64,000 bases of DNA from an uncultured bacterium (lineage in GTDB: Bacteria > Desulfobacterota > DSM-4660 > Desulfatiglandales > CALKZT01). The translations under genes and the position numbers were made by a program. Positions 54,767-63,345 of the stretch are shown here, piece after piece. Position 1 is the first letter of the stretch; each line of letters opens with the position of its first letter. The stretch spans positions 6,492 through 70,491 of the forward strand of contig CALKZT010000027.1 of NCBI GenBank assembly GCA_938002815.1, in the 5' to 3' direction. Under the pieces are notes generated by a model. The model ran no database searches, was not told the origin of the DNA, and saw only the letters and a program-made list of their open reading frames with translations.

Positions 54767-55744
54767 CTAAGATCGTGAATTGAGAGTCTTGGTGAGATCC
54801 TCCACGAGTCTATCCACTGCCCTTTCAATGGCAACCTTGAGCAAAGAATCTTTATCTCCCACATAAAAGACACTTTCAGGCGTCACATCTACTCTTATAC
54901 TATTAGCCCAAAGGGGCCTACCTGTCAGGGCATCCTGTAAAAGCATCTCCAGGTGGATCACACCCGCCTCCACCTCTCCTGATTTTTGACCAAGCCACGC
55001 AAGCCCTGGGCCCCCCGCTGCCCAGATAGCCCTGTTAAGGTCCTTTATGTTCTCCTCGTCCTTGGCATCAAATCTTGTGGGGTGAAGGGGGAACCTCCCT
55101 TGGGCAAAGGCAGATCCCACAATGGCACCTAATGCCATCTTGTTTACCAATTCATAGGTATCGGTGCTTCCAACGCCAAATACGAATCTGCTCCCTGTCT
55201 TGAAGATAAAGGGCAGTATCCCAGTTTGGGCAGGGTTGAAAGATTGGGCAGATGTAATTCCCATCTCAACAATCCTCCCCCTTAATACATACCTGCTCTG
55301 AAATCTTTTGCCGATCTCCCCAAGTAGCTTGTGATCAACAGGGACAGTCTTTTGTGCCTTTCTCTGAGTCTGCTGCTGGTAGAGGCTCCTTATAAAGCCT
55401 TGGGTCTCCAATGAAAAGTCCTTAAGGTGATCTTCCTTGTAAGGGGGCTCCACCTGGACCGTCCTTAAGACCCCTTTATCTAAGAGGAATTCTACCACAT
55501 CCTCATAGGGAGACGGGATAAATCCGTATTTTATTAGGGCAGCATTTAGGGAGGAGATAAGGAAAGAGGATCTATCTCCCATGCTGGTAGGCTCATCCCC
55601 GGAGTAATCTGAAAAGGGAATTACCACTATGGGAACCGCCTGGGTGCTCTTGTCTGTTATTGTCAGGGGTATGGTTTCCACAACTATATGGCTACAACCC
55701 TGAAAGGTCAAAATCAGTCCTATGAACAAAAAGAGCTTTCTCAT
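54767..55744 (-). CDS. outer-membrane-type lipoprotein, weak CsgG/HfaB/TolB-N-like pattern
   Basis: Lipobox LTFQGC. PIVVIPFSDYSGDE...LNAALIKYGF and RYVLRGRIVEMG...VIHLEMLLQDALTGRPLW resemble the alpha/beta pattern of CsgG-like lipoproteins. Similarity judged by eye only. Confidence 0.45.
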   Translation of the reverse strand: MRKLFLFIGLILTFQGCSHIVVETIPLTITDKSTQAVPIVVIPFSDYSGDEPTSMGDRSSFLISSLNAALIKYGFIPSPYEDVVEFLLDKGVLRTVQVEPPYKEDHLKDFSLETQGFIRSLYQQQTQRKAQKTVPVDHKLLGEIGKRFQSRYVLRGRIVEMGITSAQSFNPAQTGILPFIFKTGSRFVFGVGSTDTYELVNKMALGAIVGSAFAQGRFPLHPTRFDAKDEENIKDLNRAIWAAGGPGLAWLGQKSGEVEAGVIHLEMLLQDALTGRPLWANSIRVDVTPESVFYVGDKDSLLKVAIERAVDRLVEDLTKTLNSRS

Positions 55745-55765
55745 ATCGGATCCTCCTCACAAGGT

Positions 55766-56311
55766 TTATTTGGTCTCGGGCGATCCCATAACCAATTCGA
55801 TCTCATTAAAGTCCTCTCGCCCATCGCCCTTATTGATGGGGACTCTCAATATCACCTTCCTGATCTGAGTGATCCCTGCGGCTGTCTCCTTGTCCTCGAA
55901 CAGGATTGCTGAGACCACCGCACCCTCTTTTCCTACTTTTGAGCCTTCTTTTACAAATATCCCTTTCCCGTCGGGGCCTGTTAGAACCGCCATTATCTCT
56001 AGGCCCTTCTTTACTATACCTGTAAGCCTCAGATCAGACATGGAAACGAGGGGCATCCCCCCTTGGATTGGTTCAGAACTCCCGATGCCTGCCACAGGCA
56101 ACATCTGGCCCCTTTTCGTCATACTCTTAAAAGGTACGAAGGGATCCAGTTTGTCCTGGGACCTGTACTCATATGGAAGGCTACTTGGGGGCGGAGGCCC
56201 CTCCTTCTTTCCCGTTTCTGCCCCTCCCCTTCCCTCTTGGCCAAAACAGAGGTAGGGGAACAACAGGACCAGGAGTAAGGAGATAATTATACCTTTATTT
56301 CTTCTCGGCAG
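55766..56311 (-). CDS. pilP: type IV pilus assembly protein PilP-like
   Basis: YRSQDKLDPFVPF and DLRLTGIVKKG...MAVLTGPDGKGIFVKEGSKVG match the PilP signature. The track ORF starts at TTG 56263, but the frame stays open upstream, encoding PRRNKGIIISLLLVLLFPYLC (signal-like), with CTG 56311 sitting 6 nt after AGGAGG. Confidence 0.65.
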   Translation of the reverse strand: MPRRNKGIIISLLLVLLFPYLCFGQEGRGGAETGKKEGPPPPSSLPYEYRSQDKLDPFVPFKSMTKRGQMLPVAGIGSSEPIQGGMPLVSMSDLRLTGIVKKGLEIMAVLTGPDGKGIFVKEGSKVGKEGAVVSAILFEDKETAAGITQIRKVILRVPINKGDGREDFNEIELVMGSPETK

Positions 56312-56891
56312 GGGCCACCTCCTTCAGCCAGAAGGTACTCGCCTTAAACTTTGCAGTCACCTGTACCCTTTGTGGCTCGTACTGAGGAGATATAGAAAGG
56401 CTATGTGCCACAAAAAGCCTCTCCATGGAGCTTATGAGTCCCAAAAACTTTCCCACATCGTGGAAAAAGCCCCTCACCTCTATGTTCACTGGCAGTTCAA
56501 AGTATTCACCTTTGTCAGCAGGGACCTCAGGGACAAACAGCAAAAATTTCAACCCGCACTCCTCTCCTAACCTGTTTATGGTCCTGAGCAGGGAAGGTAT
56601 CTCACTGGATTCCGGTAAGATCTTCGAGACCTGTTTTAGCCTCTCCTGGGCCTCCTGGTACTCCCTTTCATAGGTCTTAAGCCTCGCCGCCTTCACCTTA
56701 GCCTTAGCTATCTTGTCCTCCAAAGCTGCTATCTCTTCATTTAGGACCCTGATCCTTTCGTGTTTTGGAAGATAGGAAAAGACTGTAAACAGGCCTATTA
56801 TGAGCATATTTATCGCTATTAGGATTATTATCTTATATTTCTTGCTAAGTTTCAAATAGAGATCGGGCAGGCCTTTTATATTAAATTTCAT
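56295..56891 (-). CDS. pilO: type IV pilus assembly protein PilO
   Basis: One TM segment, a coiled coil and a ferredoxin-like C-domain (PSLLRTINRLGEECGLKFLLF...LPVNIEVRGFFHDVGKFL). Start ATG 56891 lies 1 nt after the pilN stop. Confidence 0.8.
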   Translation of the reverse strand: MKFNIKGLPDLYLKLSKKYKIIILIAINMLIIGLFTVFSYLPKHERIRVLNEEIAALEDKIAKAKVKAARLKTYEREYQEAQERLKQVSKILPESSEIPSLLRTINRLGEECGLKFLLFVPEVPADKGEYFELPVNIEVRGFFHDVGKFLGLISSMERLFVAHSLSISPQYEPQRVQVTAKFKASTFWLKEVAPAEKK

Positions 56892-56892
56892 T

Positions 56893-57477
56893 TCATTTCC
56901 CTTTTTTTGCTGGGACTTGGGGTGGAGCTTTATAAACAGTATCACAAAGGATAGAAAAGTCTACCACTTCAGCTTCTGCACCTTGTATGTTCTTTAATGC
57001 TGCATTTTTTAGGAAGACTCCCTTAATATCTTCTTGTAATTTCAATTTATCCATGAACTCTGCAACTGAATCATGATCTTTTGCTGTTCCATCTAAGGAA
57101 ATTATCTCTTTTGAATGGGTTAATTGTCTTAGGTAAATTTTATTTTGAGGAATTGCATTTATCACTTGATCCAGGGACCTAATCACTGCGCTTCTATAAA
57201 TCGAAATGTTGGTAATTAGCTCAATACGTTTTCTAACAGAATTGATATTTTTCTCCATCTCATTGACTTTTTTGACTATCTCTTCATATTTTTTTAGTTC
57301 TATCTCCTTTTGCTTTTTGCTATTTTCCAAAGCATTAATTCCATCAGAGAGGAACATATGGTAATATGTGGATCCTATGACAACAAGAATGATAATCAAC
57401 GCGAAAAGTATCAGTTGTTTCTTGACATCCTCTCTTTTCTTTAATTCCCTTTTAGGAAGCAGATTTATCCTAATCAT
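56893..57477 (-). CDS. pilN: type IV pilus assembly protein PilN
   Basis: MIRINLLPKRE N-terminus (the PilM-binding peptide), a single TM segment and a coiled coil. ATGA overlap with pilM. Confidence 0.85.
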   Translation of the reverse strand: MIRINLLPKRELKKREDVKKQLILFALIIILVVIGSTYYHMFLSDGINALENSKKQKEIELKKYEEIVKKVNEMEKNINSVRKRIELITNISIYRSAVIRSLDQVINAIPQNKIYLRQLTHSKEIISLDGTAKDHDSVAEFMDKLKLQEDIKGVFLKNAALKNIQGAEAEVVDFSILCDTVYKAPPQVPAKKGK

Positions 57478-58547
57478 TTATCTTTTGCCGCTCTTAAAGC
57501 AAGGCCTACCACTTGTCCTGATATAGCCGCATATTCCTTCAAATATTCTTCATCAAACTTCTTTGGATCCACAATTAGCCCTGCAAAGGGATCCACGTAA
57601 ATTACATTTAACCTTGTCTCCATGGAAATGGCATCCTTTATCCCGGGCAATAGGGATCCTCCTCCGGTAAGATAAAGGTTCGAAATGCTCAGATCAGAAA
57701 AGCTGCTTCTGATGTACTCCACAGCCTTACCTATTTCTTTTACCCATTCGCCTACGTATTCTATGAAGAGCTTTTTCAAGAGAGGCTCCTTACCAGGGTG
57801 AACCTGTCTATTGCCAAGTTTCACCTCCTCCGCCTCCCAAAAGTTAAGATCAAAATTGGCCATAATTGCCCTTGTGAGCTGATTGCCACCCATCCAGACA
57901 TCCCTTGTAAAAAGGGGCATCCCCTTTCTCACAGCATGTATCGTGATAGTCTCAGCTCCAATGCTAACTATGGTATATTCTTGCGGCAGTTCTGGTACTG
58001 TTACCTCCACGGAGTTTTGAATGGCCAATATCCCCACATCCATTACCACGGGATTTAAATCAGCTGCCTCCAGGATCTCCACGTAAGAATCCACAAGTGC
58101 TTTGGGAGCAGCTGCCACAAGCACATCAGCCTCACCTATCTTTTCCCCGGCCTTGGGGGTGGTACCGTCTGAGACCTGAATAAAGTGGTCTATATAGGCA
58201 TCCGATATGTCATAGGGAATGTACTGTTCCATTTCATTCTTGAGGCCCTGTTCTATCTCCTCAACTGTTTTACCTTGAATAGTGGGGAGCTTTTTTAGGA
58301 TGCATGAGGCCCCTGAGATAGAGGTACATACATTCCTGTTCTTTATATTGAGCTGCTCAAAGAGTCGTCTGATTGTGTTTGAAAGCACATCTTTAGATTG
58401 GATTTGGCCTTCTGCGATAGATTCTGGAGGTAAAAGGGCTACCCCAAAGTTTCTTAGGATATTTCCATTTTTCCCGGAATCTATCTCAGCCACCTTCACT
58501 GAGTAGGATCCCAGGTCTACCCCCACAAGCTGCGACTTCTTGGCCAT
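57474..58547 (-). CDS. pilM: type IV pilus assembly ATPase-fold protein PilM
   Basis: Actin-like fold motifs LVGVDLGSYSVKVAEI and LYLTGGGSLLPGI. Start ATG 58547 follows GAGGAAGGG. Confidence 0.88.
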   Translation of the reverse strand: MAKKSQLVGVDLGSYSVKVAEIDSGKNGNILRNFGVALLPPESIAEGQIQSKDVLSNTIRRLFEQLNIKNRNVCTSISGASCILKKLPTIQGKTVEEIEQGLKNEMEQYIPYDISDAYIDHFIQVSDGTTPKAGEKIGEADVLVAAAPKALVDSYVEILEAADLNPVVMDVGILAIQNSVEVTVPELPQEYTIVSIGAETITIHAVRKGMPLFTRDVWMGGNQLTRAIMANFDLNFWEAEEVKLGNRQVHPGKEPLLKKLFIEYVGEWVKEIGKAVEYIRSSFSDLSISNLYLTGGGSLLPGIKDAISMETRLNVIYVDPFAGLIVDPKKFDEEYLKEYAAISGQVVGLALRAAKDK

Positions 58548-58584
58548 CAGCCCTTCCTCTAAAGTTTCCTGAAGTTCAATGTAA

Positions 58585-58613
58585 ATTAGAGTACATAGGA
58601 TGGGAGCTGTCAA
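58585..58613 (-). promoter_or_regulatory. candidate sigma70-type promoter of the pilM-led gene string
   Basis: On the minus strand: TTGACA (58613-58608), a 17-nt spacer, then TCTAAT (58590-58585). It lies about 35 nt upstream of the pilM ATG. Confidence 0.4.
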
Positions 58614-58688
58614 GTGAATTTTAAAATTTCTTTTTAAATTTCTATAAGAAAGCGCACTTTCTTAAAAAGAAAAATGAAGTAACCCACA

Positions 58689-59054
58689 TCATGGCGGCCA
58701 TAAAATCTTTATGTGGATACAATCAGATACCACCATAAAGGTGCTTTCCCCTATCTCCAACCCCAAGCCAAGCCCTGAACAAGATGTAAAAGACCTCTTT
58801 TCCTTTTTTAGGAACTCGAAGCTAATGGGATAGCTGCCAGAGGTATAGTAGTCCTCTGTATCCTTGTCCGTAAGCATCTTGAAATTGCCAAAGTAATAGA
58901 TAGGCCTAAAGCTTATTACTACAGGTCTCTTAGTAACAGAATTTATAAATCGGATCCGACATTCTTTAAAAGGATGGACCAAAAGGAGGGTTTTCTTTTG
59001 TCCCCAGTTTACGGATATGACCCTGGGAAAGGCCACTAAAAGGGGTATGGCCAC
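58689..59054 (-). CDS. DUF1850 domain protein (TAXI-TRAP associated)
   Basis: CRIRFINSVTKRPVVISF resembles the DUF1850 core (F-x-HSV-x-x-x-PV-x-E). The location next to TAXI-type TRAP genes is typical for this family. GTG start. Confidence 0.55.
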   Translation of the reverse strand: MAIPLLVAFPRVISVNWGQKKTLLLVHPFKECRIRFINSVTKRPVVISFRPIYYFGNFKMLTDKDTEDYYTSGSYPISFEFLKKEKRSFTSCSGLGLGLEIGESTFMVVSDCIHIKILWPP

Positions 59055-59086
59055 AAGTGGCCATACCCAATAGGAAAAAGCTCCTT

Positions 59087-60085
59087 TTACTTTAATGCCC
59101 CTGCCTCTTTATAGTACTTTAAGGCACCAGGATGATAAGGGATAGTCCCTTGGACAAACTTCACGGCATTTTGGAGGTTGGTATCCTTTGATGGTTTTAC
59201 CGCTGAATGTAGTTGTGCCAGGTTCTCAAATACCGCCTTTGTAATCTTATACCCTATCTCCTCTGGGAGTGCCCCTGTGCACATGAAGAGGTTCCAGAAT
59301 ACCAAGCTGGGGACATCCTTCTCGGTCTTATAGACGTCCTTACCTATCACCCCAGGCTCACATACCCCTGGAAATTTCTGGTTGATGTTCTTTGAAACAG
59401 GATCCTCGGCAGAGATGGGGACAAGCTCCAATTTGGCGCCCTTCCGGGCCAAGGTGGTAGCCAGCTCTGTAATAGATGCGGTGGGAAGACCTCCGGACCA
59501 AAAGTAGGCGTCTATGGTCCCACTGGCAAGGGCCTCGGCGGACTCAGCTGCCCCAAGGCGTTCTTGTTTTGCAAGCTCAGAGACCTTTATCCCCGCAGCC
59601 TCCAAGACCATGAAAGCCTCCACCTCTGTCCCTGACCCAGGGGCACCAGTGGAAACCTTCTTGCCCTTCAGATCCGCAATCTTTTTTATTCCTGATCCCT
59701 CTTTTGTGACCACATGGAGATAGTTTGGATACATGGTCCACAATATCCTGAGCTCCTTGGCAGGGTTGTCTTTGAACTTCTCATGATTTCCCGTAAATGC
59801 AAGGAATGCAGAGTCTGGAAGTATGGTCCCAAGGTAATATAGGTTTGACTTTGGATCTTGCCTTTTTTGCAAGAGTACTATGTTGTCTACCGAGGCAGCC
59901 GTCTGGATAGCTGTTGCCTCATAGCCTGCATTCTTTGCAATTATCTCTGCTACACTTGTGCCATAGTAATAGTAAACACCCCCCAGTCCCCCTGTTGCCA
60001 CCATGAGACTAACTTTCTTTTCCTGAGCATGTATGGCCGATGCCAAAACCAAAACCACCAAAACAACTACTAATAACCTTTTCAT
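59087..60085 (-). CDS. TAXI-family TRAP transporter solute-binding protein
   Basis: Signal peptide MKRLLVVVLVVLVLASA. MVATGGLGGVYYYYG and LEAAGIK...SGTIDAYFWSGGLPT are TAXI hallmarks. ATG 60085 follows AAGGAGGAG. Confidence 0.85.
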   Translation of the reverse strand: MKRLLVVVLVVLVLASAIHAQEKKVSLMVATGGLGGVYYYYGTSVAEIIAKNAGYEATAIQTAASVDNIVLLQKRQDPKSNLYYLGTILPDSAFLAFTGNHEKFKDNPAKELRILWTMYPNYLHVVTKEGSGIKKIADLKGKKVSTGAPGSGTEVEAFMVLEAAGIKVSELAKQERLGAAESAEALASGTIDAYFWSGGLPTASITELATTLARKGAKLELVPISAEDPVSKNINQKFPGVCEPGVIGKDVYKTEKDVPSLVFWNLFMCTGALPEEIGYKITKAVFENLAQLHSAVKPSKDTNLQNAVKFVQGTIPYHPGALKYYKEAGALK

Positions 60086-60153
60086 CAGGCTCCTCCTTTC
60101 AAAGTCTAGTTGTTTGTACAATCCCAGAAATTAAAAGCCCATCAAAACCTGGC

Positions 60154-62220
60154 TCACCTCCTTTCCTTTTTTAGAATAAATAAGAACCACAAACAAGGTA
60201 TAATGCATATAGCGTTTAATATGAGATTAGGATAGAAAAGGCCCATAGAGATAATTCCCAAGATGAATGCCTCAATTTTTCTAAGTTTCCTCCTTGAATA
60301 TCCTACGGTAGCAGAGGCAAGAGCCGTTACTGCCAAGGAAACCACCAAAAACCTCGTTATAATATCAAAAAGACTTCCAGCTAACCCTTTCTCAATGACA
60401 ACAGGCATTATGAGTAGTCCTGTACCAGAAAATGAGAGTATAAAGGAGAATCCGAATATGTATTTTGGCAAAGCTACTTTACCAGCATAGAGACCTGTCT
60501 TGACGGGATGAGTATTAAAGACCGAAGCAGAGGCATAGGCCGAGAGGGCTACAGGAGGTGTAACATCAGCGAGAATGGCATAGTACATGAGGAACATATG
60601 GGTGGCCAAAAGGGCCGCTTCAGATGGGATACCGTTAGAGACTGCTATTTGATGTATTGCAGGTGCGGTCAAAGAGGAGGAAATAACATAGGTGGCAGTG
60701 GGAGGAACTCCCATGCCCATGATAAGTGTAAATGTTGCAGCGAATATTGTTGCAATAATTAGATTCTCTGAAGATAATTGTAACAAAAACTGACTAAATT
60801 TTGAAGGAAGACCAGTTAAAACCATTAATGTCATTATTATGTTAGCGCTAACCACAGCTATCCCAATTGGTATTAGATGCGCAAATCCTTCTTCTAAACC
60901 ATCAATTACAGTTTTAAAAGATTTTGGTCTGAAACTTTTATCTAAATATGCAAAAACCACAAACAAAACAGTAGCAATAGTAACAGAGAGATTGACAGGA
61001 TACCCAAAGTAAATAAAACCAATAATCACTAAGATTGGTATGAATATATAGGAATATCTCAGAACATAGCCTTTTTGAACTATGTCAGACATATCTAAAG
61101 GCTTTATGCCCTCTTTCCTTGTGTAAAAGTAACTATAGGTAAGTATTGCAAGCAGGTACATGAACATAGGTCCCAAAGCCATCACACATACCCAAAGGTA
61201 GGATATGTTTAGTATTTCCACCATGATGAATGCCATAGACCCTAGAATAGGTGGGGTCACCATAGCAATGGTACCGGCTGTAGCAGCTATGCCTGCAGCC
61301 ACATACTTGTCAAAGCCTGCCCTTTCAAACATGGGTTTGGAGATGGTGCTCACAAATTGTGTGTCTGCAGCCCCAGATCCACTAAACATGCCCATGAAGA
61401 TAGAAGAGATAGAGACTACCCTAGCAGGGGCATCAGGACTTCTCCCCACTGCAGCCGAGGCAATGTTTGCAACAATCTTTCCCAGGTTAAGAGAATTTAC
61501 TACTCCACCCAGTATGGTAAAGTATACCAGATACTTCATTGAGACACCGGTTATTATTCCAAAGAGTCCTGCCTCTGTCTCGCAATAAATCTTTCCAAGA
61601 AGTAAATCCATGGGAAAAGGTGCATGGGAGAATCTTTCGGGAAATATCCTTCCATGAAGGTCATAAGAAAAGAATATCATAACTATGATGGGAAGTACTG
61701 GTCCATTGAATCTATACACCAGGCCCAATAGAAGATATACAAATGAAAAACCCATGATAAGATCCAATTGTTCTGGGAACATAGCTCTCTCTATCAGCTT
61801 TTCAAATGTAAAAACTTGATAGAAATAAGGAATAATTGAGAGAATAGCCCCTAATAGGTCAAGGACCGGCCTTACCTTAGGAACTATAGTAGGTGCAAAA
61901 CCTATAATCCATATTGCAACACCCACTAATTTAATAGGCAAGGCTAATTTTAAATTAACAAAAGCAGCTAAAGGCACAAGAGATAGAAGTAGTAATACGA
62001 TGCTGCCTATATTAATGCTGCCTCTTGGCTTCTTATATGAAAGCAAATAACCAGCAAATAATAAAAAAAAGACATGTGTTGCTCTACTAATCTGGGTCAC
62101 ATCAAGTATCAAAACATGAAATTTTGATAAAGGAGTGTGCGGATGAACTACCCAATACAAACTAAAGATACTTGCCACAATCAGGGTAATCTTTGCTACT
62201 TTCTCAACAAGATTTTTCAT
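60154..62220 (-). CDS. TRAP transporter fused permease (TAXI-associated 4TM/12TM type)
   Basis: 688-aa polytopic protein next to the TAXI binding protein. The size and hydrophobic profile match fused DctQM-like permeases. Confidence 0.8.
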   Translation of the reverse strand: MKNLVEKVAKITLIVASIFSLYWVVHPHTPLSKFHVLILDVTQISRATHVFFLLFAGYLLSYKKPRGSINIGSIVLLLLSLVPLAAFVNLKLALPIKLVGVAIWIIGFAPTIVPKVRPVLDLLGAILSIIPYFYQVFTFEKLIERAMFPEQLDLIMGFSFVYLLLGLVYRFNGPVLPIIVMIFFSYDLHGRIFPERFSHAPFPMDLLLGKIYCETEAGLFGIITGVSMKYLVYFTILGGVVNSLNLGKIVANIASAAVGRSPDAPARVVSISSIFMGMFSGSGAADTQFVSTISKPMFERAGFDKYVAAGIAATAGTIAMVTPPILGSMAFIMVEILNISYLWVCVMALGPMFMYLLAILTYSYFYTRKEGIKPLDMSDIVQKGYVLRYSYIFIPILVIIGFIYFGYPVNLSVTIATVLFVVFAYLDKSFRPKSFKTVIDGLEEGFAHLIPIGIAVVSANIIMTLMVLTGLPSKFSQFLLQLSSENLIIATIFAATFTLIMGMGVPPTATYVISSSLTAPAIHQIAVSNGIPSEAALLATHMFLMYYAILADVTPPVALSAYASASVFNTHPVKTGLYAGKVALPKYIFGFSFILSFSGTGLLIMPVVIEKGLAGSLFDIITRFLVVSLAVTALASATVGYSRRKLRKIEAFILGIISMGLFYPNLILNAICIIPCLWFLFILKKERR

Positions 62221-62344
62221 CGGTTAGTGCAACTCCATAAAGCATTCACTAAGATTGGTGAGGTCTTTCGGTTGCTATCATGAAAAATTATAGATTGTCA
62301 ACGGTTTTATATGTCGAACTTCCATTCGAGTTATTACAAATCCA

Positions 62345-62983
62345 TTAGGTGACGTACGAAAAGAATTCCTCAGGTACCCTGGAGACTATGCACACTAATC
62401 TACCTTGAATATCTCTGTATTCTATCCTGTGGGAGTGAAGCATGAGCCTAAAGGCCGTCTTATTCTTCTCCCATCGGTAGAGGGGATCACCAACTATGGG
62501 GTATCCCTTCCAGTAAAGGTGTACCCTTATCTGATGTCTCCTTCCCGTTAGGGGGTAGGCCCTTAGCAGAGAGTGTTCAGAGCCTTTGGAAAGGACGCAG
62601 AAGCGGGTAATGGATCCCTTCCCCTTAGGATCCACCCCCATCCTACCAGAAGCAAAAGTCCTTATGGGCATATCCACTACGAATTCCTCCTCCACGTGGC
62701 CCTTAATAACGCAGATGTATTCCTTTCTTATCTCTCTTTTTTCAAAGAGCCTGTTTAGATACCTGTGTGTTTGGCTGTCCCTTGAAAACAAAACTACTCC
62801 GCTCGTCTCTCTGTCGAGGCGATGAACCGTAAATAGCTTGCCATAAACGATTTCCGCCAGCTCCTTTAATGACTTCTCATCCCCTCTCCCTGGAATCGTT
62901 AAAAGGCCTGCTGGCTTATCGAAGGCCACCACGGATTGGTCCTCGTATAGGGTGATATCCTCTATTGGTCCCATTAACATCAA
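62345..62983 (-). CDS. RluA-family pseudouridine synthase (no S4 domain)
   Basis: Catalytic motif HRLDRETSGVVLF, plus HQIRVH and KPAGLL motifs. Confidence 0.85.
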   Translation of the reverse strand: MMLMGPIEDITLYEDQSVVAFDKPAGLLTIPGRGDEKSLKELAEIVYGKLFTVHRLDRETSGVVLFSRDSQTHRYLNRLFEKREIRKEYICVIKGHVEEEFVVDMPIRTFASGRMGVDPKGKGSITRFCVLSKGSEHSLLRAYPLTGRRHQIRVHLYWKGYPIVGDPLYRWEKNKTAFRLMLHSHRIEYRDIQGRLVCIVSRVPEEFFSYVT

Positions 62984-63261
62984 ACCAGGGAATAAGAATC
63001 AGGCCCTTTAAGTTACACAACCATTTGGATCTGTAAGTTGGCTATCTATCACAAAAGGAACTGGCACTCCAGAAAATTAGTCTGCCCTGCCTAATCTCCA
63101 AAAACCACAAGTCATCTCACCCTTTAAGATAAGGGTTCTCTGTTGTGGTCCCCTTCCCCTAAATTATACCTCTCAGGATAGGCCTCATATGTCCCACAAA
63201 CTTTAGGGCCCAAGATCTCCCATAGATCAGACACCTCATCTTCTTTAGAACCCAAGGTGAT

Positions 63262-63345
63262 AGAGGAGGTCTTTAGAGAAAAGGGAATCTTGAAAAAATC
63301 GACCCTCCATGTTAAAAGGCCTTCATTCCCAGCAGGAGGTCTTAC
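63262..63345 (+). promoter_or_regulatory. candidate translational control leader (decoy SD / anti-SD / SD) upstream of the AOR gene
   Basis: AGGAGGTCTT occurs twice (63264-73 and 63334-43; the second copy is the RBS of ATG 63346). GACCCTCC (63301-08) lies between them and is complementary to both. Confidence 0.3.
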
